This document shows, one piece after another, positions 23,008 through 33,908 of a DNA stretch of 64,000 nucleotides. A program made the translations under genes and the position numbers. A model generated the notes under the pieces. That model made no database searches. It had not been told where the DNA came from and saw only the letters and a program-made list of their open reading frames with translations. This DNA is from Methanomassiliicoccaceae archaeon. Its GTDB lineage: Archaea; Thermoplasmatota; Thermoplasmata; Methanomassiliicoccales; Methanomassiliicoccaceae. Where the stretch lies: positions 64,001 through 128,000 of the forward strand of contig CAVSJV010000004.1 of NCBI GenBank assembly GCA_963728405.1. Reading direction: 5' to 3'. Positions within the stretch are counted from its first letter, which is position 1, and each line of letters begins with the position of its first letter.

Positions 23008-24898
23008 TCACTGAAGGGGTCCGTTTGAATGAGTGTTCGTCCGCTCATTGAGATCATGCTCGACGGCCTTGGCACCTGCAGCGTGCTGTGGATGTATCTT
23101 TCCCGTATGGCCGAAGTGAGCGAAAGAGACCGCAGCATTGATGAGGCCTATATGTGAAAGAGCCAGAGGATAGTTGCCCAGCTGAGCACCATTCGAGGGC
23201 TCGATCTCCTCCGCCAAAAGGCCTAGGGGCCCCATCCTGGCCAGGATGCCCTCATAGATCGTCTGGGCCTCATTCAACCGTCCCGCCCTGATCAGCGCAA
23301 CCACCAACCAGAAATGTACATAGCACAAAGGACCCCTCTTTTCCGCTGACACCTTCCGGAGCGCTTGAATATCGGTAACAGAGACCGTCGATGACCAAAT
23401 GTTTTAAGGTCGCATCGATGGTCGAGACCATCCGGGGATCCTTGCCGTCGATAAAACCAATCGTAGGTAGTATGAGATTGGAGGCATCCAGGGTCTCATC
23501 CTCATAGGACTGCTTGAATGCGCCAAGACTCTCGCTCCATCCTTTTTCGAGCACCTCCGCCTTGATGAGATCTTGCTCATGGCGCCATTTGGTGACATTA
23601 CCGGGAAGGCCGATTTTAAGGGCCATCTCGCTGCCTTGTTCCAAAGCGGACCAAAGCATGGCTTTGCTGTGGACGAAGTGCCTCACTCCCCCGCGCACCT
23701 CCCAGATGCCATTGTCTGGCTCGTGCCAATGGTCGGCCGCCCAATCGAGGATACCTCTGATTTGGGGCCACATGGTATGGGGATCATAACTCCCTATGTG
23801 CCACGCGAAGTGTATTGCACTTATCACCTCACCATAGACATCCAGCTGTTCCTGCTGGTAGGCCGCGTTCCCGATACGCACCGGTCGGGAATCGCGATAA
23901 CCACGCAGGTGATCCAGCGTCGTCTCGGTGGGATTATTTTCATGGATGATCGGATACAATATCCTTATGCCCGTTCCTTCTAATTCCACTGTGTGAACAA
24001 TCCAGTCGAAGAAAGGCTTCGCATAGTCCATGTATCCAGATAGCATCAGGGCATAGAGAGTAAAGGAAGCATCTCGGATCCAATTAAGTCGGTAGTCCCA
24101 ATTTCTTTCACCACCGATCGTCTCAGGAAGTGAGGTCGTGGGGGATGCTATGATCGCCCCCGAAGGATTGTAAGTCATGAGCTTCAAGGTCAGAACGCTG
24201 CGCAGGACTTCTTCCCGGTAAGGCCCGTGGTAGGTACATTTATCAACCCAGTCCTTCCAGAATGATAGGGTCGACCTGAGACCCTCATAGGGTGAGAACT
24301 GGAGCAGCTCAGGATCGTATTGGACCCCTAAGATGAATGAGACCTTTTCGCCAGCGGCCATCCTAACGTCTGCGTAGATCTCCCTGTTCATGTGATCAAT
24401 TCGCCAAGTGCTTGGCGATATCATCTGGTACGGACCGAATATTGCCCGGCTTCCATCGATATCAAAAAGAGGAAGGGAGCGGGCATAATCGGGCCGGGGG
24501 GCGCATCTACAGATTATGTCGGCGGTGCCCTCGGTGCACTCCAAGATCCGAACGAGCCTGCTGGGATGGTATATCGGGGAGGACGGCTTCTCCAGGTCGA
24601 CGTACATGAAGTCCCTAAGAACCACTTTTCCCGTATCACAATTGAATGTGGTCTCTAGGACATTGGTGTGCTCCACATACTTGTGAACGGACTCGCATGC
24701 CAAGGTTGGCCTAATGCTCCAGAACCCCCCCTTATCCACATCGAGTATTCGGGCAAAGAGCGATGGCGAATCGAATCGGGGCAGGCAGAGCCAATCAATG
24801 GAGCCCTGACTGCTGACAAGTGCCGCGGAGTGGCAGTTCCCGATAAGGCCATAATCCTCGATCGGTCGATAGGAAGTCGAAGACAGTTCATCGTTCAC
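23008..24898 (-). CDS. GH15 glycoside hydrolase (trehalase/glucoamylase-like); apparent frameshift near 23313
   Basis: IEDYGLIGNC, CLPRFDSPS, PTTSLPE.IGGERNWDYR, QLDVYGE, GIWEVRG, EGSFVLCTFW, GLLAEE and GNYPLALSH motifs. Confidence 0.9.
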
Positions 24899-25313
24899 TA
24901 GCTTTTCCCTCCATGATCGAAAATATAAATGGAGTAAGTCTCATCGACACGAACCTGGGGTGACTGTGAGATAGAGATGATTTGCCATATGCGCGCATGG
25001 GGTCGCATCTCATCACTCGCTACATCGAACCCAATCGGACGGCACGCGGGCCCCCACTGCGGTATTCGACGCATCAGATGCTTTAGTAACATATGCTAGA
25101 TGATGAGTGTCGATAGGGTCATAACAATTTTCCTTCCGCCTGGGCAGGGGGTGCACAAAAGGCTGCTGCACCAGGATGCCTTCGGCGGCCAAACCCATTC
25201 TGCCCCATAATAAATGATTAAATAGCAAGAGCTTTGAATAATTGAATAATTGGGAACGACTTGTTCGGTAATCCTTCACGAGGGCCGTTCCCCTATCAGT
25301 GGAGGACTGGAAG

Positions 25314-26301
25314 ATGCGATTGATTTTCACCGAGGTCATGGGCAATCAGGATAAGCTACGAGCGGTGTTCCAGAACGACGATCTGATTATGTTCGACGGT
25401 CCCCTTGATGAGGACGAGCTGATACACGAGGCCGAGGACGCATCCATACTCTCTGTATTCATACGGACCAAGGTAAGTGAGAGGGTGATCAGCCATCTTC
25501 CCAAATTACAGATGATCAACACAAGGAGCGCGGGGTTTGATCATATCTCCGCGAAGTACGCGATGGAGAAGGGGGTAGCCGTCACCCATGTACCCGATTA
25601 TGGTCCCAATGTGGTGGCAGAACACGCTTTCTGCCTGCTCCTGGCCTGCGCTCGGAGCCTCCTAGCAGCGGACCGATCGGTCAAGGAGTTAAAAAAGTTC
25701 GATTTCGAACCGTTCATGGGTATCGAGCTCAAGGGCAAGGTATTGGGAGTGGTTGGAACAGGAAAGATCGGTGCTGAGGTCATTCGGATCGCTCATGGGT
25801 TCGGTATGAAGGTGGTCGCCTTCGACCTTTACAGGAACGAAAGGCTTGCAGGAGAATTCGGGTTCCCTTATCTCTCCCTAGAGAAGCTCTTGGAGGAGAG
25901 TGATTTTGTGACCCTTCACCTGCCTCTCACCCCAAGCACAGAGAATCTGATCGATCGCTCCGCTCTCCAAAGGATGAAGGAAGGCAGTATCCTGATCAAC
26001 ACGGCTCGAGGTAAAATCGTAGATGAAAGGAGCCTCAGAGAAGCTCTGGACAGTGGCCATTTGGCCGCGGCTGGATTGGATGTGATCGACGATGAGTCCC
26101 ATCCGGAGAACGATCCGTTACTGGGCTCGGAAAACGTCGTGCTCACTCCCCATATCGCATTTTACACCAGGGAGTCGATTAGCAGGATGTTCGACGAGTC
26201 CATCCAGACCATTAAAGCATTTAAATCGGGAAAAACGATAAATGGGATCCCCAAAGAGTAACGTGGAAAAGATAAAGATGCATACTCACCCCCAGGATTA
26301 G
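25314..26301 (+). CDS. D-isomer-specific 2-hydroxyacid dehydrogenase (D-lactate dehydrogenase-like)
   Basis: TRSAGFDHI, VPDYG, GTGKIG, NTARG, GLDV and TPHIAFYT motifs. The TAA at 26259 vanishes if TAACGT is read as TACGT, extending the ORF to the TAG at 26301. Confidence 0.88.
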
Positions 26302-26453
26302 GGCAGGTCGATAGCAACTATGGCCGTTCCTAATGGTCTCAATGCGATAATTCTAGATTCGTCTCTTAAACAGACCGATCCAATGCGCCACCGGCCATCG
26401 AAAAGCACAAACTCCTGGTTTTCAAATCAAGTATTGCAGCTTGAGGAAGCGTC

Positions 26454-27418
26454 ATGGGCATAGGGGAGTGGGCGGTCGGAGTGGATCTGGGAGGCACACA
26501 TATCCGGGTGGCCCGGGTGGATACTGATGGAACAGTGCATGGGATAATTGAAGAAAACACCAGGGTGGAAGAGGGACCGAATGGAGTTGAACTTCAAGTG
26601 GTCGGTATGGTCCATAATCTCTGCAGATCGGAGACGGCCCCACCAGTAGGTGTTGGGGTAGGAATAGCTGGTGACATCGATAAGGACAGTGGTGAGATCA
26701 TATTCAGCCCAAACCTGAGGTGGCACAATGTCCCCTTCCGAGCTGATCTCCAGAAGCGTCTAGACATGCCCGTGCTCGCCATCAACGATGTCCGGGCTGC
26801 TACCTGGGGAGAATGGACCCATGGGGCCGGGCGAGGCTTTGATGACATCGTGTGCATGTTCATCGGCACAGGGATCGGAGGGGGCATCGTTAGCGGTGGA
26901 CGGGTGCTCAGCGGTTGTGGCAATTCCGCCGGAGAGATCGGACACATGGTGGTCCAATTGGGCGGGCCAAGATGCACCTGCGGCAATTGGGGTTGCCTGG
27001 AGGCGCTAGCCGGAGGGTGGGCAATAGCCCAGAGGGCACAGGCTGAGGTCAGTGCCCATCCTGCCACCGGTACAATATTGCTAGATATGTCTCCTGATAT
27101 CGACAACATCTCAGCCCGAACGGTTATCGGCGCAGCCCGATCGGGGGATCAAGTTTCCCTTCGACTCGTGGAGCAGGCGACCGACGCCTTATCGCGGGAG
27201 CCGTGAGCCTGGTCAACGCGTTCGGTCCTTGCCGGCTAATTTTGGGAGGAGGAATGGTAGATGGTTTACCTGAATTGGTGGATCATATCGATAAAGGGGT
27301 CCAGGCCCGGGCCATGGAAGCTGCCCGGAGAAGGGTAAAGGTCATACCATCTGAACTGAGATCTCGAGCGGGAGTAGTTGGGGCGGCCACCTATTTTATG
27401 AAAAATATGAGGACATAA
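26454..27418 (+). CDS. glk: ROK family glucokinase; apparent 1-nt deletion near 27189
   Basis: VDLGGT, NDVRAA.WGE, IGTGIGGG, AGEIGH, CTCGNWGCLEA and AGVVGAA motifs. Confidence 0.88.
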
Positions 27419-27542
27419 CAAAAGGAGATCCGGCCCGAGATCACAGTATCCGATCATGGATCGTTAGGATCCAAGGACGCAGGAACATTTTTAAAACACG
27501 CCCTTCCATGATATTTACCAGACAGACACTGGAGAGGATATA

Positions 27543-28592
27543 TTGACCAAGATCGGAATAAATGGGATGGGGCGCATCGGTCGAATAATCGCGCGGCGCT
27601 ATCTGACCGATCCTCCCGACAACATCGAGCTGGTGGCGGCAAATGACCTGTTCTCGCCTGACAACATTGCCTATCTTACCAAATATGACTCCGTTCATGG
27701 AAGGGCCCCATTTGAGGTGGAGGGCGGAACCGACTTCCTCCGGCTTGGGTCGAGCCGGATACAGATGTTCAAAGAAGCGGACCCCGCCAACATTCCCTGG
27801 AGGGATTTGGGAGTGGACATCGTCCTGGAATGCACCGGGGTGTTCCGCGATCGGGAAAAGGCCGCCGGACACCTGGAGGCTGGCGCATCAAAGGTCATCT
27901 TGAGCGCCCCCTCGGACACCGCAGACCTGACCATCGTCCTTGGTGTCAACGACGATAAGTACGATCCCTCCCAGCACCACATCGTCTCCGCCGCTTCCTG
28001 CACCACCAACTCACTGGCTCCAGTGGCCAAGGTATTGAACGACTCTTTCGGCATCGATTACCTGATGGCCACGACCGTCCACGCCTACACTGCCAGCCAA
28101 AAGCTGGTCGACAGCCCCGCCCGGAAGCTGAGAAGGGGCCGGGCGGCCGCGGTGTCCCTTGTCCCCACCACCACGGGGGCAGCCAACGCTACGGTCAAGA
28201 CCATACCTGAACTGAATGGCCGGATGCACGCCGTGGCCATACGCGCTCCGATCCCTGATGGGGCCATAACCGACGTCACCGCCACTTTGAAGCAGGATGT
28301 CACCGAGGAGATGGTCAATAACGCGCTGAAGAGCGCGGCCAATGGAAGGATGAACGGGATCCTTGACTATAGCGAGGATGAGCTGGTGTCGGCTGACATC
28401 ATCACCGACCCTCACTCCTCCATAATCGATGCCGGATCGACCAAGGTCATCGGTGGCCGGACGGTCAAGGTGCTGGCCTGGTACGACAACGAGTACGGAT
28501 TCTCCTGCCGGATGCTTGACCTGGCCTCCCATATCGCCAAGGCGGGCATACCCGGAAAGACCGTTCGGAGGGAACAGCCGGTCCGAGCGTGA
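27543..28592 (+). CDS. gap: Type I (bacterial-type) glyceraldehyde-3-phosphate dehydrogenase
   Basis: GINGMGRIGR, YDSVHG, LECTG, ASCTTN, HAYTASQ, TTGAA and WYDNE motifs. Confidence 0.95.
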   Translation: MTKIGINGMGRIGRIIARRYLTDPPDNIELVAANDLFSPDNIAYLTKYDSVHGRAPFEVEGGTDFLRLGSSRIQMFKEADPANIPWRDLGVDIVLECTGVFRDREKAAGHLEAGASKVILSAPSDTADLTIVLGVNDDKYDPSQHHIVSAASCTTNSLAPVAKVLNDSFGIDYLMATTVHAYTASQKLVDSPARKLRRGRAAAVSLVPTTTGAANATVKTIPELNGRMHAVAIRAPIPDGAITDVTATLKQDVTEEMVNNALKSAANGRMNGILDYSEDELVSADIITDPHSSIIDAGSTKVIGGRTVKVLAWYDNEYGFSCRMLDLASHIAKAGIPGKTVRREQPVRA

Positions 28593-28620
28593 AATTTGTA
28601 TCATGTTATGGAGGATTGAA

Positions 28621-31080
28621 ATGAGACAAGCAACACCACTGGAAGAGAAAGCCGCTGCCCCGACCCCGAGATACATACGTTGCGTTCAGGGAAATCGGCA
28701 TCGAGGACGTGCCCTTGGTCGGGGGCAAGAATGCCTCGCTGGGCGAGATGTACCGGGAGCTCACGAGCAAGGGGGTCAAGATACCAAACGGTTTTACCAT
28801 AACTGCCGAGGGTTATCGGCATCTCCTCTCAACGACAGGGATCAAAGGGCCGATGGAAAAGGTCCTGACCGGAGTGGACAAGGAAAACGTCACGGACCTG
28901 GCAGAACGGGGCAAGAAGGTCCGGGACCTCATTCTGGAGGCCGGGATACCGGATGACCTGTGGGAGGAGGTCAAGGTGGCCTACGACCGCTTGTGCGAAG
29001 AGTATGGTGAACACCGACGTGGCGGTCCGAAGTTCTAGCGCTACGGCGGAGGACCTTCCGACCGCCTCGTTCGCTGGACAGCAGGAAACCTACCTGAACA
29101 TCCGCGGCTATACCGCAGCTGAGGGAGGCGTGCAGCAAATGCTTCGCCTCCCTGTTCACCGACCGGGCCATCTCCTATCGGATCGACAAGGGGTTCGGCC
29201 AGTTCGATGTTGCCCTCTCCATCGGGATCATGAAGATGGTCCGTTCCGACCTGGCTTCCAGCGGAGTGATCTTCACCCTCGACACCGAGACCGGGTTCCG
29301 GGATGTGGTCTTCATCACCGCCGCCTACGGCCTCGGTGAGAACATCGTGCAGGGAGCCGTGAACCCCGATGAATACTATGTCTTCAAGCCCACCTTCCGT
29401 AAGGGTTCCAAGGCCATCATCAGGAAGAAGCTGGGGGAGAAGGAGAATGAAGATGATCTACGGCCGAGGGGGGACCAAGGAACTGACTCGGAACATTGAC
29501 GTCCCCGAGGAGGACCGCCAAAGGTTCTGCTTGACCGATGACGAGATCCTGGAACTAGCCTCCTTCGCCGTCACCATCGAGGATTACTACTCCAAGAAGT
29601 CAGGGCACGACATGCCCATGGACATCGAGTGGGCCAAGGACGGGGAGAGCGGGGAGCTGTTCATCGTCCAGTCGCGGCCGGAAACGGTGCAATCACAGGG
29701 GCCATGGACGTGCTGGAGACCTACATTCTCGAGAATAGAGGGCGCCGTGCTGAGCCGGAGGGACGAGCGTTGGTTCCAAGATCGCGTCGGGAAAGGCCCG
29801 GGTGATCAGAGACATGAGCCGCTGCCCGAATTCCGTCCGGGGGAGATCCTGGTGTCGACAAGACGCACCCGGACTGGGAGCCCGTCATGAAGATCGCCGC
29901 GGCCATCGTGACCAATCTGGGTGGGCGGACCTGCCATGCGGCCATCGTCAGCCGGGAGCTGGGCATCCCCGCCGTGGTGGGTACGGACGATGCCACCCGC
30001 GTGATCCGTGATGGGGACCAGGTCACCGTGAGCTGCGCCGAGGGCGACGATGGATTCGTTTACGAGGGGGCGCTGCCTTTCCGGGTGGAGCGCACCACGC
30101 TCAAGGACCTCAAGCGTCCGAAGACCGCGATGATGATGAATCTGGGCAATCCGGAGGAAGCGTTCTCCCTCTCCTTCATCCCTAACGACGGGGTCGGCCT
30201 CGCCCGTTTGGAGTTCATCATCAGCAGCTACATCCGCGTTCATCCCATGGCCCTGCTTCACCCTGAAAAAGTGGAGGACGCGAAGGATAGGGAAGCCATA
30301 GAACACCTGACCTCGGCCTTCCCCGATAAGAAGGGCTACTTCGTGGAGACGCTGGCCCATGGCATGGCTACCATCGCCGCCGCGTTCTATCCCAAGGACA
30401 TGGTGGTCCGGTTGAGCGATTTCAAGACCAATGAGTATGCCAGTCTTCTGGGCGGGCGCTACTTCGAACCTGACGAGAGCAACCCCATGCTGGGGTTCCG
30501 AGGCGCATCCCGTTACTACTCGGACCGCTACCGGGAAGGCTTCGGCCTAGAATGCCAGGCGGTCAAGATGGTGAGGGAGACAATGGGCCTGACCAACCTC
30601 ATACCCATGATACCGTTCTGCCGGCGGGTGGAGGAGGCAGAGAAGGTCTTGGCGGAGATGGAACGGAACGGATTGAAGCGGGGTGAGCACGGCCTGCAGG
30701 TCTACATCATGTGCGAGATACCCAACAATTTCCTGCTGATCGACGAGTTCAGCCGTTACTTCGATGGGTTCTCCATAGGTTCCAATGATCTCACCCAGTT
30801 GGTCCTGGGCATCGACCGGGACTCCGAAGTACTGGCCTCGGAATTCGACGAGCGAGATCCCGGGGTGATGAAGGCCATGTCCCTAGCAGTACAGGGGGCG
30901 AAGAGGAACGGCAGGCATAGCGGTATCTGCGGCCAGGCCCCCAGCGACTACCCGGAGATAGCTGAGTTCCTGGTCAAGGAGGGCATCGACTCCATCTCGG
31001 TGAACCCAGACACCCTGATGAAGATCACCTTGAAGGTTTCGCAGATGGAGGAGAAGCTCAAGAAAGAGGGACCGAAGTGA
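28621..31080 (+). CDS. ppsA: Phosphoenolpyruvate synthase; multiple frameshifts in the 5' half (possible pseudogene)
   Basis: [66 protein letters not shown] and ICGQAPSD motifs. Confidence 0.9.
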
Positions 31081-31102
31081 TCGGGCTGAGAGCCATGACA
31101 CG

Positions 31103-32054
31103 GTGACGAGGATGATCTATACTCTCGCCCTCAACCCGGCCATCGACCGCACCTTCTGGGTGGATAGGATAGACTTCGAGGAAACTACTCGGGTACAAAA
31201 GGAATGCCGCTACCCCGGAGGGAAGGGCATCGATGTTTCCCGGGTACTGACCAACATGGACATCCCCAATATGGCGCTGGGCTTCGTCGGCGGCTTCGTC
31301 GGGGACGAGCTGGAGTGCCGACTGACCAGCGAGGGCGTACGCACCGACCTCATTCACATCTCTGGAGAGACCCGCACTAACATCATCGTGCATGAAAAAG
31401 ACACGGGTCGCCACATATTGCTCACGGCCAGTGGGCCGGAGATCGCCCCCTATGAACTTGGTGCCCTTTTCAGTAAATTAGAGGGTCTGAGGGACATTTC
31501 GTTATTAGCAATAGGGGGAAGCCTTCCACCGGGGGTCCATCCAGAAGCCTATCGCCGGATTATATGGGCGATGAAAAAGCGGGGCATGGTCACCCTCCTA
31601 GATGCTGACGGCGATGCGTTGAGACTGGGAATACAGGGCGGTCCGACCTATATCAAACCGAACCGGCATGAACTAAGCCAGCTGGTGGGAAGGGAGCTTA
31701 CTGGGCTGGCGGACATCCTGGATGCAGCGGAGGGGGTCCGATCGCAGGGGGTGGAAACCGTACTGGTATCGATGGGGGCCGACGGGATCGTGCTGGTGGG
31801 GGAGGACAGAAGGTACTTGGCCATCCCGCCGAAGGTCGATGCGGTGAACACCGTTGGATTGGGAGATTCTGCCGTGGCCGGCTTCGTCTATGGCATTGCC
31901 ACTGGCCTCGAACCGAAAGAGTGCCTGATCTATGCTACCGCTGCAGGGACCGCTACCGCGTTGAAACCGGGGACCGCCCGGGCCAACAAGAAGGACGGTG
32001 TTGGAAATGGTGCCCAGGATAACGTTCAAAGATCTTTCAAGGAGCAATGGATGA
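31103..32054 (+). CDS. pfkB: PfkB-family 1-phosphofructokinase/6-phosphofructokinase-2-like kinase; apparent frameshift at 31995-31999
   Basis: LNPAID, PGGKGIDVS, GETRTN, GSLPPG, IKPN and NTVGLGDS motifs. The corrected end [21 protein letters not shown] overlaps the aldolase ATG. Confidence 0.88.
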
Positions 32055-32969
32055 TGAACGGAACGAAAGTTGTTGTACCTCTGGACGTTCCCAGAGGAAA
32101 GCGAAAAATGTTTTTGGACAACTACACGGCCCTGACCGGAGGGAAGGGTCGGCTCATGCTGTTCGCCGGGGACCAGAAAGTTGAGCATCTGAACGATGAT
32201 TTCCGGGGTGAAGGCATCGCTCCAGACGATGGGGACCCCGAGCATTTGTTTCGGATCGCCGCCGGTGGCCGGATAGGGGCATTTGCTACCCAGTACGGGC
32301 TGGTGGCACGTTATGCTGCAGACTACCCCAGGGTCCCCTATATCGTAAAGCTCAATTCCAAGACACATCTGGTCAAAACGCTCCAAGCCGAACCGCTCAG
32401 CCAACAATGGATGACCGTCGATCAGGTTGCGGCCCTGAAAGATGAGAACGATATCACTGTGCTAGGGGTGGGGTATACTGTCTACCTGGGCAGCGAGAAC
32501 GAGGCGATCATGCTCCGAGAGGCGGCCCAGATCGTCCACCGGGCGCATCATCATGGCCTCACCGCCATACTGTGGATGTACCCACGGGGAAAGGCCGTCC
32601 CTAACGAGAAGGACCCCCACTGCGATCGCTGGGGCTGCCGGAGTAGCGGCCTGCCTAGGATCTGATTTTGCCAAGGTTAACTACCCCGAGGGGCCGGATG
32701 CTCAGGATCGCTTCCGAGAGGCGGTGCGAGCGGCGGGAAGGACCGGGGTCATATGTTCTGGAGGAGGGCATATGGAGGTGAGATCATTCTTGGAGAGACT
32801 CCATGAGCAGATCGCGGCCGGGGCGGCCGGAAGTGCTACCGGCCGCAACGTACATCAGAAGCCGTTGGACGAGGCGGTACGGTTCTGCAACGCCGTTTAT
32901 GCTATCACCGTCGAAGATGCCTCGGTCGATGAGGCCATGGATCTCTACTGGGGGGACCTGGGAGCTTGA
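32051..32969 (+). CDS. Class I (DhnA-type) fructose-bisphosphate aldolase; apparent frameshift near 32620
   Basis: [36 protein letters not shown] and ATGRNVHQ motifs. Confidence 0.85.
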
Positions 32970-33700
32970 CGAAGCTGGTCCTACTGCGACATGGTCAGAG
33001 CCTGTGGAACGAGGCGGGGCGGTTCACCGGCTGGATCGATGTGGACCTTTCCACCAAAGGTCGGCAGGAGGCCCTGGAGGCGGGCACAAGACTTCGCAAA
33101 GAGGGCATCGCCCTGGACCTTGCCTTCACTTCCGTCCTCAAGAGGGCCATCCGCACGGCATGGATCGTAATGGACGAGATGGACCTCATGTGGATCCCGC
33201 TGTCCCGCTCCTGGCAGTTGAACGAGAGACATTATGGGGCCTTGCAGGGGTTGAGCAAGGAGGACACGGTCAAGGAGCATGGAAAGGCCCAGGTCCATGC
33301 CTGGCGACGAGGGTATGATGTACGTCCACCATCCCTTGACCCGTCAGATCCTAGACATCCTCGGTTCGATCCCCGATACAAGGGACTCCAAGTTGATCTC
33401 CTTCCTTCATCCGAGTCCCTCAAGGACACATTGGACAGGACCCTGCCTTACTGGCAGGAGGAGATATTGCCCCTGGTACGAGACGGCAAGAACGTCCTGG
33501 TGGCGGCCCACGGCAACAGCCTGCGGGCATTGGTCAAGCACCTCGACGACATCAGCGATGATGAGATCACCGAGTTGAACATACCCACTGGAATCCCCCT
33601 GGTCTACGAGATGGTGGACGGCGCAGTAAAAGAACGGCGCTATCTGGCCTCGAAGGGTGAGCTGACCAAGGCTACGGAAAAGGCGGCCCAGGTGCGATGA
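32966..33700 (+). CDS. gpmA: 2,3-bisphosphoglycerate-dependent phosphoglycerate mutase
   Basis: [35 protein letters not shown] and IPTGIP motifs. Confidence 0.95.
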   Translation: MTKLVLLRHGQSLWNEAGRFTGWIDVDLSTKGRQEALEAGTRLRKEGIALDLAFTSVLKRAIRTAWIVMDEMDLMWIPLSRSWQLNERHYGALQGLSKEDTVKEHGKAQVHAWRRGYDVRPPSLDPSDPRHPRFDPRYKGLQVDLLPSSESLKDTLDRTLPYWQEEILPLVRDGKNVLVAAHGNSLRALVKHLDDISDDEITELNIPTGIPLVYEMVDGAVKERRYLASKGELTKATEKAAQVR

Positions 33701-33908
33701 GCGGTGTCATATTTTCGCCGGCCTAGACCCTCGCCAGCTCCTTATTCTCCAGAGCATTGACCGCGAGCAGCCACGTCCCGCAAGCCTCTCTAGAAAGGCG
33801 CCGCCACTCGTGTATGCTCAGGGGCGGGGATCCCGGGACCATAGGGTCCCTTGATCGACCGTTCAGCCTTTTTGCCATATCCCTTCCCAAGCCCGGACCG
33901 TCCGGATC

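Noticed and set aside
31103-32665. Apparent 520-aa PfkB-aldolase fusion protein
   Set aside because: Produced by an extra G in GACG(G)T at 31995-31999. Correcting it gives a normal PfkB stop overlapping the aldolase ATG.
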